A stretch of 64,000 nt of DNA from Ginglymostoma cirratum. Its lineage: Eukaryota. Below the pieces are notes generated by a model. It was not told the DNA's origin, searched no databases, and saw only the letters and a program-made list of their open reading frames with translations. Shown here piece after piece: positions 37,690 through 50,624 of the stretch. The position numbers and the translations under genes are program-made. The stretch is taken from NCBI GenBank assembly GCA_024137785.1, contig JAHRHZ010000019.1, forward strand, positions 27,620,343 to 27,684,342, in the 5' to 3' direction. Positions within the stretch are counted from its first letter, which is position 1. Each line of letters starts with the position of its first letter.

Positions 37690-38330
37690 TTTATTACAGA
37701 GAGTACATAAAAGACTTAGAAAGCATTCCCTGTCCGTTCACTGGATGATATCGGGTAAGAATAAGAAAGTTTTCCTAGAGGACTGTGGCAGTAGAGAAGG
37801 ACCAGGAGAAGTCTGATGTAAATGAATCAGGGCAGAAGGATATTAGGAAGCTGGTGGTGAGGATTAGAGTAAGGGCATGAGGCTTTGGAAATATTTAAAC
37901 ACCAGAAATCTTTTGTGGCCAATGGAGGTTATGGAGAAGATAGCACGTCGTGCTAAATGCAAACAAGCATGTTGGATATTTCATTTTGCAAAAATTAAAG
38001 CTTGTGGAGTGTTGTTACAGGGATGTTCATCAGAGGGGTGTTGCTGAAATCAGGTTTGGGATGAGGCAGAAGCAAACAGTATTACTGGAAGAAAGTAGTT
38101 TTGGTAAGGGAGCAGAAAAGGATAAGAAGCTGGGCAGCAGATTTGAACAAAATGGCATGAACCTGGCCTTCCAGCTCAAGGTGGAATACTTCATGCTTAA
38201 AGCACAAGAATTAGAGCTTCTGATAGGACCCAAGGAGAATGGGTTTCTATTTACCAATATTCAACTGCAGGAATATATAGATCCCACCCTGATATCAGAC
38301 CAGTAGTTTGAGAGTGTACTAACATTCTTT
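37690..38330 (-). mobile_element. Old L2-like LINE fragment
   Basis: Purine-rich antisense profile. ORF 38030-38257 has L2-like low-level similarity only. Confidence 0.3.
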
Positions 38331-38440
38331 GTGTCAAGCAGAGATGGTTTGAAGTCCTATGAACTCTTTGAGAGCTTCATTCCCCATGCAGCTTTTGTTA
38401 GGCCCACTCTAAATGGGCAAAGGCATATATTAACACAGAG

Positions 38441-38619
38441 ATAACATTTCGGGTCCGGTGACCCTTCCTCAGAACTTCCTCCAGTTCTGAGGAAGGGTCA
38501 CTGGACCCAAAATGTTAACTCTGTTTTTTTCCTTCACAGATGCTGCCAGATCTGCTGAGCTTTTCCAGCAACTTTTGTTTTTGTTCCTGATTTACAGCAC
38601 CTGCAGTCCTTTCAGTTTT
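38441..38619 (+). mobile_element. PLE mini-element (family B) with two back-to-back hammerhead-like motifs
   Basis: Inverted arms 38436-38476 and 38483-38523 around a 6-nt spacer. 13-bp TSD tattaa(c/t)acagag at 38428-38440 and 38620-38632. Confidence 0.85.
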
Positions 38620-40789
38620 TATTAATACAGAGCCATTCTGAGTGGACAGTGAATTGTAACATGCAAAGAAGATACAGAATTGTTTTAACAAAATCGCTCT
38701 TGGGTACTCTAAAGGGACTGATGGAAAATCAAAAGCCACTTTTAAAAATCTGTCAGTCTGATTTAACACCTGGAAAATACACACAGGCATCGAGTAATGT
38801 AACTCATTGCTACAAATCTCTTGTGAGGGACATACCTTTGCTTCTTTTGGGGGTTATGGTTTTCTGGGATTTTGAAAACACAGTGGGATGATTTCCTATG
38901 TTTGCTATTTCTAGTAAAATTATACGTGTCCTGAGAGATTACAATTCTACTAGAAATAGCAATAAGAGGAAATCTTCCCATTCTGTTTACAATATTGGCA
39001 ACACGTAGACATAAGAGGAAATCTTTCCCTGCGTTGAGGGGAAATATGGTGCTTCACTGCTGGGGAGACAGAAAATCAGAGGACACGGCGACCGGGGCAT
39101 TCTTTCACTCCTCAGTGGTCTATTATGGAATGCTTTAGCAGACACTAGAGCTAGTCTCTCATCCATAATCAAAGCTGCGCAATGCTACACCTTGTGTGTA
39201 GCAGAAGGCCAGGCACTCGTGGGAGGTTTTTAAGAGAAGAACAAATCATTTTAAAACAAAGGGTCAAAAATATACAGTAATTTGGACTTCCGATTCCTAC
39301 TTGTACAGCAAAAATGTCAGGAATAGGCATTGTTTCACTTTCCTGTAATATCTGATTTTTAAACCAAACTACAATTGCAAGACATTCAGCATACATGTGT
39401 GTATTTTTAAGTTTATAGCATTAATTGCCATCATGTTAACATAATATTGTCTTGTATGGATTTATGCTTGCACAGACTTCCTGCCTGCTGTGTGCAGCTT
39501 CCATTTTGCTCTCCAGCAAAGTTCTTCGAAGTTTGATTGTTGTAAATGATTTTGTACTGCTAAGTCAAACTAGCTAAAAGTGTACACATATTAGCAGACT
39601 ATTATCTGTGAAAGTTGCATCAGAGAGAGCCTTATATCATAAAATAAATTTTGTTTTACAATTAGTTCTACAGTTGATATAGCAACAGTGCTATATTTCA
39701 GTTTTGAAATTAATTTTAAAAATCATGTTATTGCATTTATTTGCTCAAACCAAAGACAGGACTCACTGTGTGAGTTATATTTTACTGGTTTACAACACGT
39801 AAACACAGGATAATTTAGAAGTAAAGCAGAGAATTAGCTGGATGTGAATTCAGTCTTTGTTGCCATGTAGTCATGTGTAACAGAGTGATAGCTGTGCAAT
39901 CTCATTGAAGGTACACATTTTATTTCATCTTGAAATCTGATCAGTAAAGCAGTGAAAAGAGTAGACTTGCTGTGATAATTGTGAAATGTATGATATTTGC
40001 ACAATATGTATTTCTGTTAGTTTTATGACAATTATTAATTAGAAGCCTGGTGTAATCAGTGAATGAAGCAAAATGTCCTGAATGTCCGGAAAAAAAGAGG
40101 TCAATCTTTCCTCAGGAAATGGTAAATTCTTCTACGCTGTGTGAAAAAAAATCATAATACAAACTACACAGATTGCTAGTCCCAGTTTTATTTTCAAAAT
40201 TGCGTTCAAGCTTTCTTTAAATTTACTTGCATTTATTACAATATTCATAAAATGTAAGCACCCTTTTATTTAAGACTTTGTATTCCATAAACTTCCTTCC
40301 ATAATTATGAATGAAAGAGCATCTGCAATAATTGAGCCTTGCTGACTAACCCATCTTGGGCCCCTCACATATCTCCGTGCAGATTTTCTCATGACATGCT
40401 GATTGCTATTGGCACAGCACAGTGATTTGCTTCTCTGTAATTATGTTCAGGGTTTTCTCTGCTGTTGAAGTTAGTAGGTATTATCGTCACGAAGGTGAAG
40501 ACTTACTTGTATCATTTCGATTGCAAGTTCTTTCGAGGAAGCTTTTGATTGTGAGTTTGAAAAAGCTACTTATTAAAAAGTGATTAATTTTCACATTTGA
40601 ATGATTATTTGATGGGGAGTTGTTAACTTATTTAGCACCTCCACAGTGCACCCTTCCTTCTACAAAAGGTGATTGGCATACCGCAAGCAATCCGTTCCAG
40701 ATGAGGAGTTTTGATATGAAGTACGATTGAAATAAAATTGCAGTTACGATATGGAGTAAAGTAACGGAAGGTGTCATCATCAGTGCTCA

Positions 40790-41292
40790 GCAATAACCTG
40801 CTCAGCGATGTCCGGTTTTGGTTCTTCCAGGGTCACTCAGCTCCTGACCTCATTGCAGCCTTGGTTCAAGCATGCACAAAAGAATTCCAAAGGTGAAGAG
40901 AGAGTGACAGCCCTTGACATCAAGGCGCACTTGACCGAATGTGGCATCAAGGACCTAACAAAACTGGAATCAATGGGTGCCAAGGGGGAAAATGTCCACT
41001 GGTTGGAGTCATTCCTGGCACAAGGAAGATGGTTGTAGTTGTTGGGGGTCAGTCATCTCAGCTCCAGGACATCTGTGAAAGGGTTCCTCAGGGTAGTCTC
41101 CTAGGTTCAACCACTGTAGCTGCATCTAAATCCTAGAATTCCCTCCAAAGGACATTGTGGGTTACAGACTTCAGCACACGGACTGCTGTGATTCAAGAAG
41201 GCAACTCTCCAGCCCCTTGTCAATGGCAACTAGGGACAGCAATAAATGCTGCCTAGCCAGCGATGCCCACATGTCGTGGGTGAATATAAAAT
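40790..41292 (+). mobile_element. Internally deleted non-LTR retrotransposon (RT N-half joined to 3' end)
   Basis: RVTALDIKA...VWHQG...LESMG...WLESFLAQ...VVVGGQSSQLQDI..RVPQGSLLG, then a direct jump to the 3' tail at ~41115. Confidence 0.85.
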
Positions 41293-41886
41293 AACCAAAC
41301 AAAATTGGGAATTTTACCTTTTGAGAGGATTGCCATATTCATAACTTGCCCTGCCAGAAGATAGCTAAAATTCTCCTATTGATAAGTTTGAATAATACTT
41401 GGATAGATTTAATTGAACCCTGTTAAACTGAAAAAGAAAACACAGAAACTGCTGGAAATAATCAAGTCAGGTAGCATCTGTAGAAAGAAGTTGCATTTCA
41501 TGTTACTATTTGTCAAAAATATACTGACTTGGCCAACTTTGGCTATGAGGATGATCAGGATGTTACAAACTGATTTCAATATTGATAGGCTTGGAAGGGA
41601 AGGAGACAGTTTGGGGATTCGACACCTGCTGGTTATTCAGCAATGCTAGCTGGAATTGCATTTGTTAGATTGTTGGCACAGCTCTGATGACTTTCCACTG
41701 ACATTCACTGGGTTCCCTAACGAATATTGGTGACTTCTGATGACCTTTGGAGTGGAATGATCTGTAGGGGAGGAAGGAAGATAAAATTAACAAGAAAATA
41801 AGAACTTGTTTGTAAAGATCAGTGAAGGACTTCTGAAGGTCACCATTCAGTTAAGTGAAGTTCTCAATGTTAAAGTATTAGCTAGA

Positions 41887-41909
41887 CAGAGAGAGAGGGA
41901 GAGAGAGAG
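41887..41909. repeat. (GA)n-rich tract
   Basis: cagagagagagggagagagagag. Confidence 0.6.
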
Positions 41910-43577
41910 GTGGGGGTGGGGCAAGAGACCTCTTCCTATATTCAGACATTAAAGACGCAAAGTGTAAAAGAAAAATTTTTACAATCACTATTGACTTTGC
42001 TTAACAAATTTCTCCTGTGTGTGTTGTGGCGACAGTACTTGCTGATCAGAAGAATATGCTAAAATACACACTGTCAGGATTCCGTGTCCATTTTGTTTTC
42101 TGGGTTAATCAAAAGATAAATTTAGCTCACATTCAAATAACTCTTTGCTCTGCATCATTTTTCTCTGAACACCAGGTCACATTTGCTGCAAGCTGATTTT
42201 TTGGATACCTTAACATCCAGTGATTTTCCAGGGTTTCGTTTCATTCTTTTTAATCTCAGCAGTGATGTAACAAAATGTTTTTAAAAATTATAAGAAATTA
42301 AAAATAAACAATAATCAGCAATTGCAGGACTTTCTGTTTTTGTTTTAGATTTCAATTCTTTGTTTAAAAATTAAAGGCAGAGTCTCTTAAATCATGAGAC
42401 CAGCCCAATGAACTTTTTTAATTAGAGAGAAACAGATATTGTGGATGGAATTCTCCAGGCTCACCTGAAGCTTTTTGAAGAATGGACGGGGAACTTAATT
42501 GGGTGAGATAGAAAAGAATCAGTTTCCTGCCGGTGGAATAATAATTTACTATTAAGTTCTCAGAAATTTAAGGTGTGACCTTTCCAACCTTGATGGTGAG
42601 ATACTTGCTTTGTATTCATTCCGATGTCATGAATACTTATTAACATGCTGGACTGCTGGAATTATGATCATGGGCACAATTTTCTGAACCAATAATAGAA
42701 AATATGTCTATTCACGAACCCAACTACACACATATGTGGGGCTTGAACCTGGCAGGGTACACTTCTTCCTCCAAGCTCTAATGAGTATAAACTTCTTCTA
42801 TTGCTAGGGTTCTTCAAAACCAAGCTATTTCTTTGTGCAAACACTTGCAGTGCCACGGGTGAAGCCTTATAATGTTGATCAGCTATTGAGACATCTCAGT
42901 CACCTGCAGTATGATTTATTGTTGCTAAAACCTCTAAGTGTCAGGGGTGAACATTGACAGGACTAACAAGCCTGCCTAAACATGGTAGCAAACCCAACGG
43001 AGACAACATAGTGGGACTGACCTCTAAAAGGGGCTCAGTACAAACATCCAACTTCTCCCACTCAAGCCTTTGGTGTCAAGCTCTCAGCTATGTATGTTCT
43101 CCCAGTTGTGGTAAAAGGTCAGTGAGCTGATGGCGTGTGAACTGCTGAGTATTGCAGATCTTTTCCGTGTTAAGTGTGAGCCCTGCCAGATAAGGAAGTT
43201 TGAAAGACTGTACTACTGCAGGTGCTAGTAGGGCTAAAATGGTTGCTGCAATGAGACAACAGCTATTGTTTGTGCATAAGGCATGCATAATAGAGATGCC
43301 TGACACCCAGTCTTGTGTGTGATATCCTGTGCGGTAGAAACTCGGAATGTTAACTCCCATTCACAAGAGCGCAAAGCATTGAGTAGGCTATGTTTGTTAC
43401 CTTACCATTCACCCTCTTTCAACACCGGAGCCAGGTTCTCATGAGCCCCTTGGATGCTTTATTTTTGAAAATCCAATTGCACTGTGCACCATGTAATGCT
43501 AGGTAAGTGTTCTTGCTGTTGTAAACACCTCCCAGGTAAAATCAGTATCTTTGGATACTCACATGATATCACTGAAG

Positions 43578-43812
43578 ATATTCTTGTAACCATCCTTTTC
43601 AGAGATGTTTTACACACTTCTGGCGTAGCTGGGTCTTGAACCCAGAACTTCCAGCCTAGTGGCAGAGACAATACCACTGCTCCACAGGAATCCTTTAGCT
43701 GTTTAATTGGAAAATATTTTCAATCAACCTTTTCCATTCTCTGGAGCAGCTGGGACTTAAACCTGAGCCTGCTGGTCCAGAGAAAGGAACACTACCATTG
43801 CACCTCAAGATC
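43578..43812 (-). mobile_element. Two tandem short tRNA-derived SINE copies (43578-43690, 43715-43812)
   Basis: Both show antisense B-box (gggtcttgaaccc, gggacttaaacc) and A-box (taccactgc, taccattgc). Confidence 0.7.
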
Positions 43813-44183
43813 CCATAGGTGTTTACTCTAATTAACTTGGGGAAAATCTTCTATCACTGTGTTAGTCAATGAGGACCACATGAGAGGAGGCTCCCGCTGC
43901 AAATACTGTGATTAGTTTACTTCCTGACAGCAGTGAGCACAAACTTATGAAAGAGCAGATTTCCCACGTGCACTGTTAAAGTCCAATGATGAACTGATGC
44001 TTGCATGATTTTTAGCAAAAATTCATTGCCCTCATGGTGTCAGGTTCATGACTCTTACAAAGTAATGCGACTACCCTCTTCCTCACTGTTGCAATAAAAT
44101 ATTGGTAAATGTCCATGGAGGAAATAAAGTCAACCAGAGCCCTTGATTCAACTTCTGAATCAAGACTGAGTGATTGCTTCTGA

Positions 44184-44184
<1 letters not shown>

Positions 44185-44221
<37 letters not shown>
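44185..44221. repeat. (TG)18 microsatellite
   Basis: Perfect dinucleotide run. Confidence 0.97.
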
Positions 44222-44223
<2 letters not shown>

Positions 44224-44390
44224 AAATGCATGCTGAAAGGGAGTGGTGGGGGGGAGGTGGTGGATGGTGTGAAAGGAAGGTGGGAGAGAAAGCAGAACCA
44301 AATTCTTAAATACTAACATTGGGACTAGTGATAACTCTTTGTTTATGCTCTGTTTCTGAAAGGGATATAAAAAGGTCGATGTTCTTCTTT

Positions 44391-44460
44391 AACATAGAAA
44401 ATAGGAGCAGCAGTAGGCCATTCAGCCCATCAAGTCTACTCCACCATTCATTATGATCAA
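44391..44460 (-). mobile_element. CR1 3'-tail fragment
   Basis: aacatagaaaataggagcagcagtaggccattcagccc, similar to 15413-15490. Confidence 0.7.
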
Positions 44461-44515
44461 TATCCAAAGAGAGAGAGATACTGCTCTAAGAGTGGGTTGA
44501 TGAATTAATTACAGA

Positions 44516-44628
44516 TATTTTTAATCAACCTGTTCAAACATGTCATGACATATGTGTGGGGCAAGTGGATTTGAACGCAGGTCTCCTGGCTCAGAGATAG
44601 CAACACTGTCACTGCTCGACAAGAGCCC
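44516..44628 (-). mobile_element. Short tRNA-derived SINE
   Basis: Reverse strand: gggctcttgtcgagcagtgacagtg...ctgagccaggagacctgcgttcaaatccac...aacaggttgattaaaaa. Confidence 0.7.
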
Positions 44629-46029
44629 AACCAATTAATTATATCTTGTTACGATTTCAGGGATCAATTTGGCTCAATTGGTTGTTGTTGTTGTCATGCA
44701 ATGTCAATTAGTAACATTACTGATCTTTAACACATGTCGCTACTACTGTATGGCGGTTAGTTGATTTAGATACATGAAAGTAGAGCTATAAGTGAAGTGC
44801 CCAATTTGGGTAAAGATTAGATGATGTGGGCTAGTGTTTTGGGCACTGTGGAGTGCCACTGCTCTTACCACATAATCCACAGCCCAGGTTGGTATTTCCT
44901 CCCATTGAGCTGAATTACTTGTGGTTAAAAGTTCTCGGCTTGCCAGCAGTTGTCATTGCTGTTGTGTTCAGTGTCAAATATCACGCTGGAGTTTTCTTTC
45001 AATGATTTCAAGTGTATCTAAACACTTGAACTGTAGTCTTGTAATGTAAGCATGCAAGATATGTAAACATAGCATAAAAAACACTGCAAATGCTAGAAAT
45101 CTTTTACTGGAACAGAAAATGTTGGAAACAGCAAGAAGTAAAATGAATAAGCCAGCAACTACTTAAGCGGGAAACAGTTCTTTAGTGAAATTCTATTTAC
45201 ATGAGATAATTGGGCCATAATGAGAGTAACAAAGGTAATTAAAGACACGCATTAGTTACAAAGAACTTGTGAGTTGCTGAGGCACTGAGGATGGAGTAAG
45301 CATGCCATATTAGGAGAAGATTTGTCAGTAAATTGAGTTCTTAAGTTTTTTTTGCGTATGTTCCTATTATGTTTGAAACATACATAATACATAATTCTAT
45401 ATTAATATGCTAATTCAGATTACAACCTGGTATAAGGGTGAAACATTACATTTTATGTTAGGTCTTCCTACAGCTCAAAACATGCTTAATTCACCTTTTA
45501 GTTTTTCACGAATGTTAGCAAAGACAGAAATATTGGCATTGACGTGATGACTGAGCACATTCTGATAAATCCATGTTTGACAACTAACTGTGGAGGTCTT
45601 CAAGCTTTAGTTTTTCTGACCTGCTGAGTAATTATTTATTTTTCTTGCAAAATTTGAACCTGTTCAGTAGGAAGGCTGTCAAGCTACCTTCCTTAATGAT
45701 CTCCACTAAGAGTACACTTGTTATTTTCATGACTGTAATGGATGAGTTAGAGACTGGTTCGAGTTGATTGCTGTTGATCAGAAATGAATTATTCTGCAAG
45801 AGATTTGATGAGTGAAATTTGGAACACTTTTATCTTTCTAAAATGATTATTTAGGTTTGCCAAATAATTGCACATGACCCCTTAATAAGATTTTACAAAT
45901 TCTTTTCTATTACGTAAAATAATATTCTCTCATTGGTGGAATCATCTGATGACCGAGGCAGGCGCTTCAATGGATGAGATAGTGCCTCCGCTGGAATGAT
46001 GGTCTATATTTTGTTTTACTCGTGTGCAC

Positions 46030-47130
46030 CCAAAGTGACGTCAACATTGTTTAATCTTTTCTGTCCTACCCTCATATGTGGATCCCACCTCAATAGCTGC
46101 AGGTAAACCTGAGGATGCCTGCTGCCAGCTTTGCTGGTTTGCCTCCAATACCTGGCAGGCATTCTTTGCTGGTCTGGGGTCCAGAGGGTGCTTTCCTCCA
46201 GGGGTTCCCAGTACATGTATAAATGCACCCAAGCCAACCTGACATGATTGAGGCATTTGGGTCCCTGACAGAGTGGAGTTGGTTCAGCAGGACACCTCTG
46301 GAGAATCCTGAGATGGCAATGCTTGAGTGTAAGAATGTCACTCCTCCTCCTTGTTGGTGGCCAGTGTAAACTCCCTCGCCCCTGTTGGGATGTGGCTTCT
46401 AGAGGGAGCCATGCTCCCTCAGCCCCCTCTTGTCTAGCCAGTGGATGCATTTGTGGCTCAAGCAATGGGGAAAAAAAAGGTCCCTGTGCATATCCAGCAG
46501 AGACTGATTGTTCTGCTGCACTGGGCTCCCAAAGTGGTCACCACCCATTCCTTCGAGGCTTGCCATGTGCTCCCTGCTGGAGCTCCAACCTATTGCCAAC
46601 TCTTCAGTCTTCACTAGAGTCTGCGTATAATCTCTGCCACCTCTGCCTGATGCTCCCCTGCTAATCTAAACATTGATGATACCTCACTAATGATCATGAC
46701 CAGAAGTGTACGATCTATACTGGGTCCAGAAAGGTCCTAGTCTTCTGCAATGCTGGCAATGGTCTTTATTTTCCCTGGATTAGGGGTGTGATCTGGAAAC
46801 TGCATAGAAAAACAAAGATCTGTTAGTGTCACAAGCCTCCACCCTTACTCCGGTTTCGTAGAGACGTTGCTACATTAGATGCAGCTTGGGAGTAGCAAAT
46901 CAGAGGCTCTCACATTCGATCACCACCTATGTCCAATCTCCCTATCAGAATAGGCACCTTTCAATTGTTTTCTGCCAGCTCAACAGCATGATCCTTGAAA
47001 TTGGATAGGAGCCTTTTATCAAACTTCCCTGTGCCCCTTCACCCATCCCAATCCCACACAGATCTGGACACTTTCTTCTACAGGAGACGGAGTGAATCAG
47101 TAAGAGACATTAAAGTGTGTACATGAGTAC
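46030..47130 (-). mobile_element. Possible relic of a Harbinger accessory (Myb/SANT-type) gene region
   Basis: GC-richer block with decayed antisense exon-like segments (acceptor tttttctatgcag near 46800). Family assignment is by general resemblance only. Confidence 0.25.
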
Positions 47131-48027
47131 GATACCTGCATTTATAGATCGAGATGTTAGTCGCCAGAGATTGTCTGTATGTGATAATAGGAAGTAGACT
47201 ATGGTAAGGAGAACATTAGGAGTGAAAAGCATGGGTCAGTTTTGTCAAAAAGCAAAGTTGATAAAAAGCAAGAAAGCGTTTGATGATGTGTGTGTCTTAG
47301 ATACCTCTGAGGTGTTCATTCTGAAACTATCTTCCCTGGTTGTGCCTGTGTCCAATGCAGTGAGAAGCAGTCAGATGTGTACATTCTCCTAGTTGTGATG
47401 AAAGATTAGCAGTGAGTGTGTAATCTCCTGAATACTGTAGTTGCTTTTATGTTTTTCACTGTGACCCATGGCAGATGTTTGAGACGCAGTGCTATTCATT
47501 CTGTTACCAATGATACTGCATTGTTAGCTGCAATTAAATGACAGACATTGATTGCCCACGGGCGATCTGATGGAGACACCAAATCTCCAGCCCTGTGCAG
47601 TGGAAACAGTACAATGCTAACTCGTGGGGGCTTGACTCATTGAGTATATACCCTGCCTGACTACAGCAGGCCATTCATCACCTTGCATACTAGAGACAGC
47701 TTCTCTAGAGCAGTCCATGAATGCTGGCCTCCACAGCCACCTCTGTACAGTTGGAATGTCTATCCCTAGGGAAGAGAGCTTCTCTCTATGACAGCATTCA
47801 GAGCCTGTAGGCATCACGGGAGCCTGGCATCATTTTTTCTCCTGCTCGAATACCTCCTGGGGATGGGTGGGGGTAGTGAGCAAAGACTGAGTAATGGTCC
47901 CTGCATTTTGGAGTTTGGAAGGTCCCAGTGATGGTTGGGAATTTAGGAGGGGGGGGGGAAATGTCTGCCCATAAAAGTTGGTGCTTTACTTGTTTAGTCC
48001 ATATGTGATGCATATGGGAGCAATGTC

Positions 48028-48136
48028 CAGATGATCTGTATGTCCTTGTTTGCTATGATCTGCCTGTACTGCTTGCAAAACAAAGCTTCCCATTGTACTT
48101 AGGTGCATGGGACTACACTTAATTCAAATCAAATTG
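48028..48136 (+). mobile_element. LINE 3' end (Rex1/Babar-like)
   Basis: gatctgcctgtactgcttgcaaaacaaagcttcccattgtacttaggtgcatg...(tcaaa)n tail. Confidence 0.5.
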
Positions 48137-48346
48137 AATATTGGGTCCATGGTGATGAATGAGGGGATGGGAAGGGGGGAGTTATAAGTCAGTGGTGGAG
48201 AGATGGAATGTCTATCTTTCTGTTGGAAAAATTTGGCCAAAAACACTTTCTTATGATTTGTACTGTGAGAGAACTGCTACTTTCTATTGACACTTGACAA
48301 ACAAGTGTTGAACCACACACTTGAGACATGGGTTTGTTAGCACAGA

Positions 48347-48446
48347 TGAAATAAAACAGAAATTGCTGGAAAAGCTCAGCAGGTCTGGTGGCATCTGTGA
48401 AGAAAAAAATCAGAGTTAACGTTTCGGGTCCGATGACCCTTCCTCA
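48347..48446 (-). mobile_element. PLE terminus (family B) truncated within the hammerhead core
   Basis: Reverse strand: tgagga-agggtcatcggaccc-gaaacgtt-aactctg...cacagatgccaccagacctgctgagcttttccagcaat. Confidence 0.85.
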
Positions 48447-50624
48447 TCTGCTTAAATTCAGAATAGATTGTAAATGTGCATCTTAAGACTGTGGCTAAAT
48501 GTTGGTACAAACAATGAATGGAGGAAATCTTTCTTCAGTGATAATAAATAAAGATTTTCCATTAAAGGTGCAATTCTCAACACTTAAATTGGGTGTGGTA
48601 GTTTAATGTGATTTATATGGAGGACGATAAAAACCAAAATGATGTGACAAACGTATTTAAAGTAACACAGGAAGTATCACTTAGCAACTAATTGTCAGCA
48701 GTTGGGTGCAGAATCCCATTCAATAAGATAATTGCATTTTAATGAGGTGTGAAGAACTGATTGAAACTGTTCAAAGCAGTGAATTTGATTGGAACTAGTA
48801 GAGCATTTTACATTAGTAAAATATGATAAATAATTATTGAACTGCCTAAGATAGCTGCAGTGCTTAAAGTAGTACAAATGATGTTTTTGAGAGACTTTAT
48901 TTGGAGGTAGTGACTAGTTGGAGCTATATGTGCTGATGTACATGGCTCCCTGTGATGAGCATGGTCAATGTAAATGGTGCGGTATATACTTAAAACCCAA
49001 AAACCAAAAAACGAATAATGTGTAGTCAGCAATCCCAAGTTATGCCACTGGATCTGTACCTGTTCCAGTTTGAGGACCAACAGTTCTAAATATGCAGATA
49101 AGCTTCATGTACAGGACCAATTAAATCTCATTCCACTTTACAAATATTTAAGTTAACTAAATCATTAAAAGTTTTCTTTTCAGTCGCTGCAGTACAAAAT
49201 CGAAATAATGCAGCAATCTCCTCAAAATGGTTTTGCACAATCCAGCAGTTCAGGCAGTCCAGGACGTCTGTCACCAACTGTAGAGTAGGTAGACAAATTA
49301 ACATTTAGATACAAGCTAGGCCTGAATTGGGGGAGAAAAATGTAGACAGCAGTTAAATAGCAACAGAAGACAGGGTAGAAATGAGTTGAAAACATATATG
49401 CTAGAGGGAAGATATGGATAGAATGGCCTTTCATCATCTTAATAGAAAAACAGCAAATGGTTAAATTGCTTGATTAAGGCAATGTCATTTACCCTTTGGA
49501 CTAAGTATTTACATCAATATTGAGCTGAAACCTATTTGGACTGATACATGTGATGCAACTGGGTTATAAATGCATCGCAAGGAGGACAAATATGAGGCAG
49601 TGAATAAGTTCATTGTGAGCAATCCATGAGAGTTTAGCAATATATTAAAGGATGAATTTTAACTTTGTCCAGCTCATACTAACAAAAGCTGTACGTTATT
49701 AGTTTTGGATAACCTAGCTCCCTATTCTTCCTAAGCCACCATATTTCGGGGACCTTCTTTTTAATGGCCCAGTATGTCCACTCGAATTGTCTGGCAGCTC
49801 TACTACTCTATTGCAATCTTCAGATTTAAGCTCTTTGATATATTTTGTATCCTGATTCAATTTTGAGACACCTACTACCAAGCTGTACTGAGTGATGAAG
49901 AGGCAGAAGCCAAAAAAGGATATGTGCCAAGAACAGTATCAGTGCTACCATAGGCACCACAAGAATTATATGGGTGTTAGGCAGCCTAACCCTTTCAATC
50001 ATGATCTGTAGAGCTTTGCCAGGACTCACCTCTTAGCCAGCTGGGTCAGTCTCCTGTTCTCCCAATATTGTGTTGATCCAGGCCTCCCACCAGCTACTTT
50101 GGGTGACTTGAGCAATGTGTTCAACCATCTGGCTCCTTACTATTAATGTCTTGTGTATAGCTCACACTTCCTGTAATATGCTTACTCTAACACCTACTCC
50201 ATCAATTTATATTCATAATAATCATATTATTGTAAGAGTGTTTCTTCCCATTTGCTGTAAACAACACTATAGGAGGTCAGTCATTACCTTTGTACAGATT
50301 ATGCATCAAGTGAAAGTATGTAAGTTGCACTGATGTGTAACTGGAGTATGTTAAAGTGCAACTGTGTCAGGCTGATCTGAATTGTGCTACTTGGGTATCT
50401 AAAACATGACTTGTGCAATTTCGAGCTCACAGGAGTTGGTCTAATGATGTCAGGTTCATTTGGAGGTGTAGCACTTCATTTTGGAGAGTTAAGGTACCAT
50501 TTTGGTTATGTCCAGGGGCCCTGGTTGTGGGTTGATGTTACGTCCTTTTCAGAGAAATATGACACCTTTTGGGATTGTTAAAAGTAGACACAAATGTGTG
50601 TTTAAAAAGATCCTAAACACTTTA

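Noticed and set aside
39679-40425. Iron-responsive element as in the EPAS1 5'UTR (CAGTG loops near 39686 and 40420)
   Set aside because: Neither has the required 5-bp upper stem plus bulged C.
43578-44628. tRNA genes
   Set aside because: A/B boxes are present but cloverleaf stems are decayed and a shared non-tRNA tail follows, so these are SINEs.
46016-46664. Several overlapping ORFs on both strands
   Set aside because: Expected in a locally GC-richer decayed repeat; no recognisable protein.
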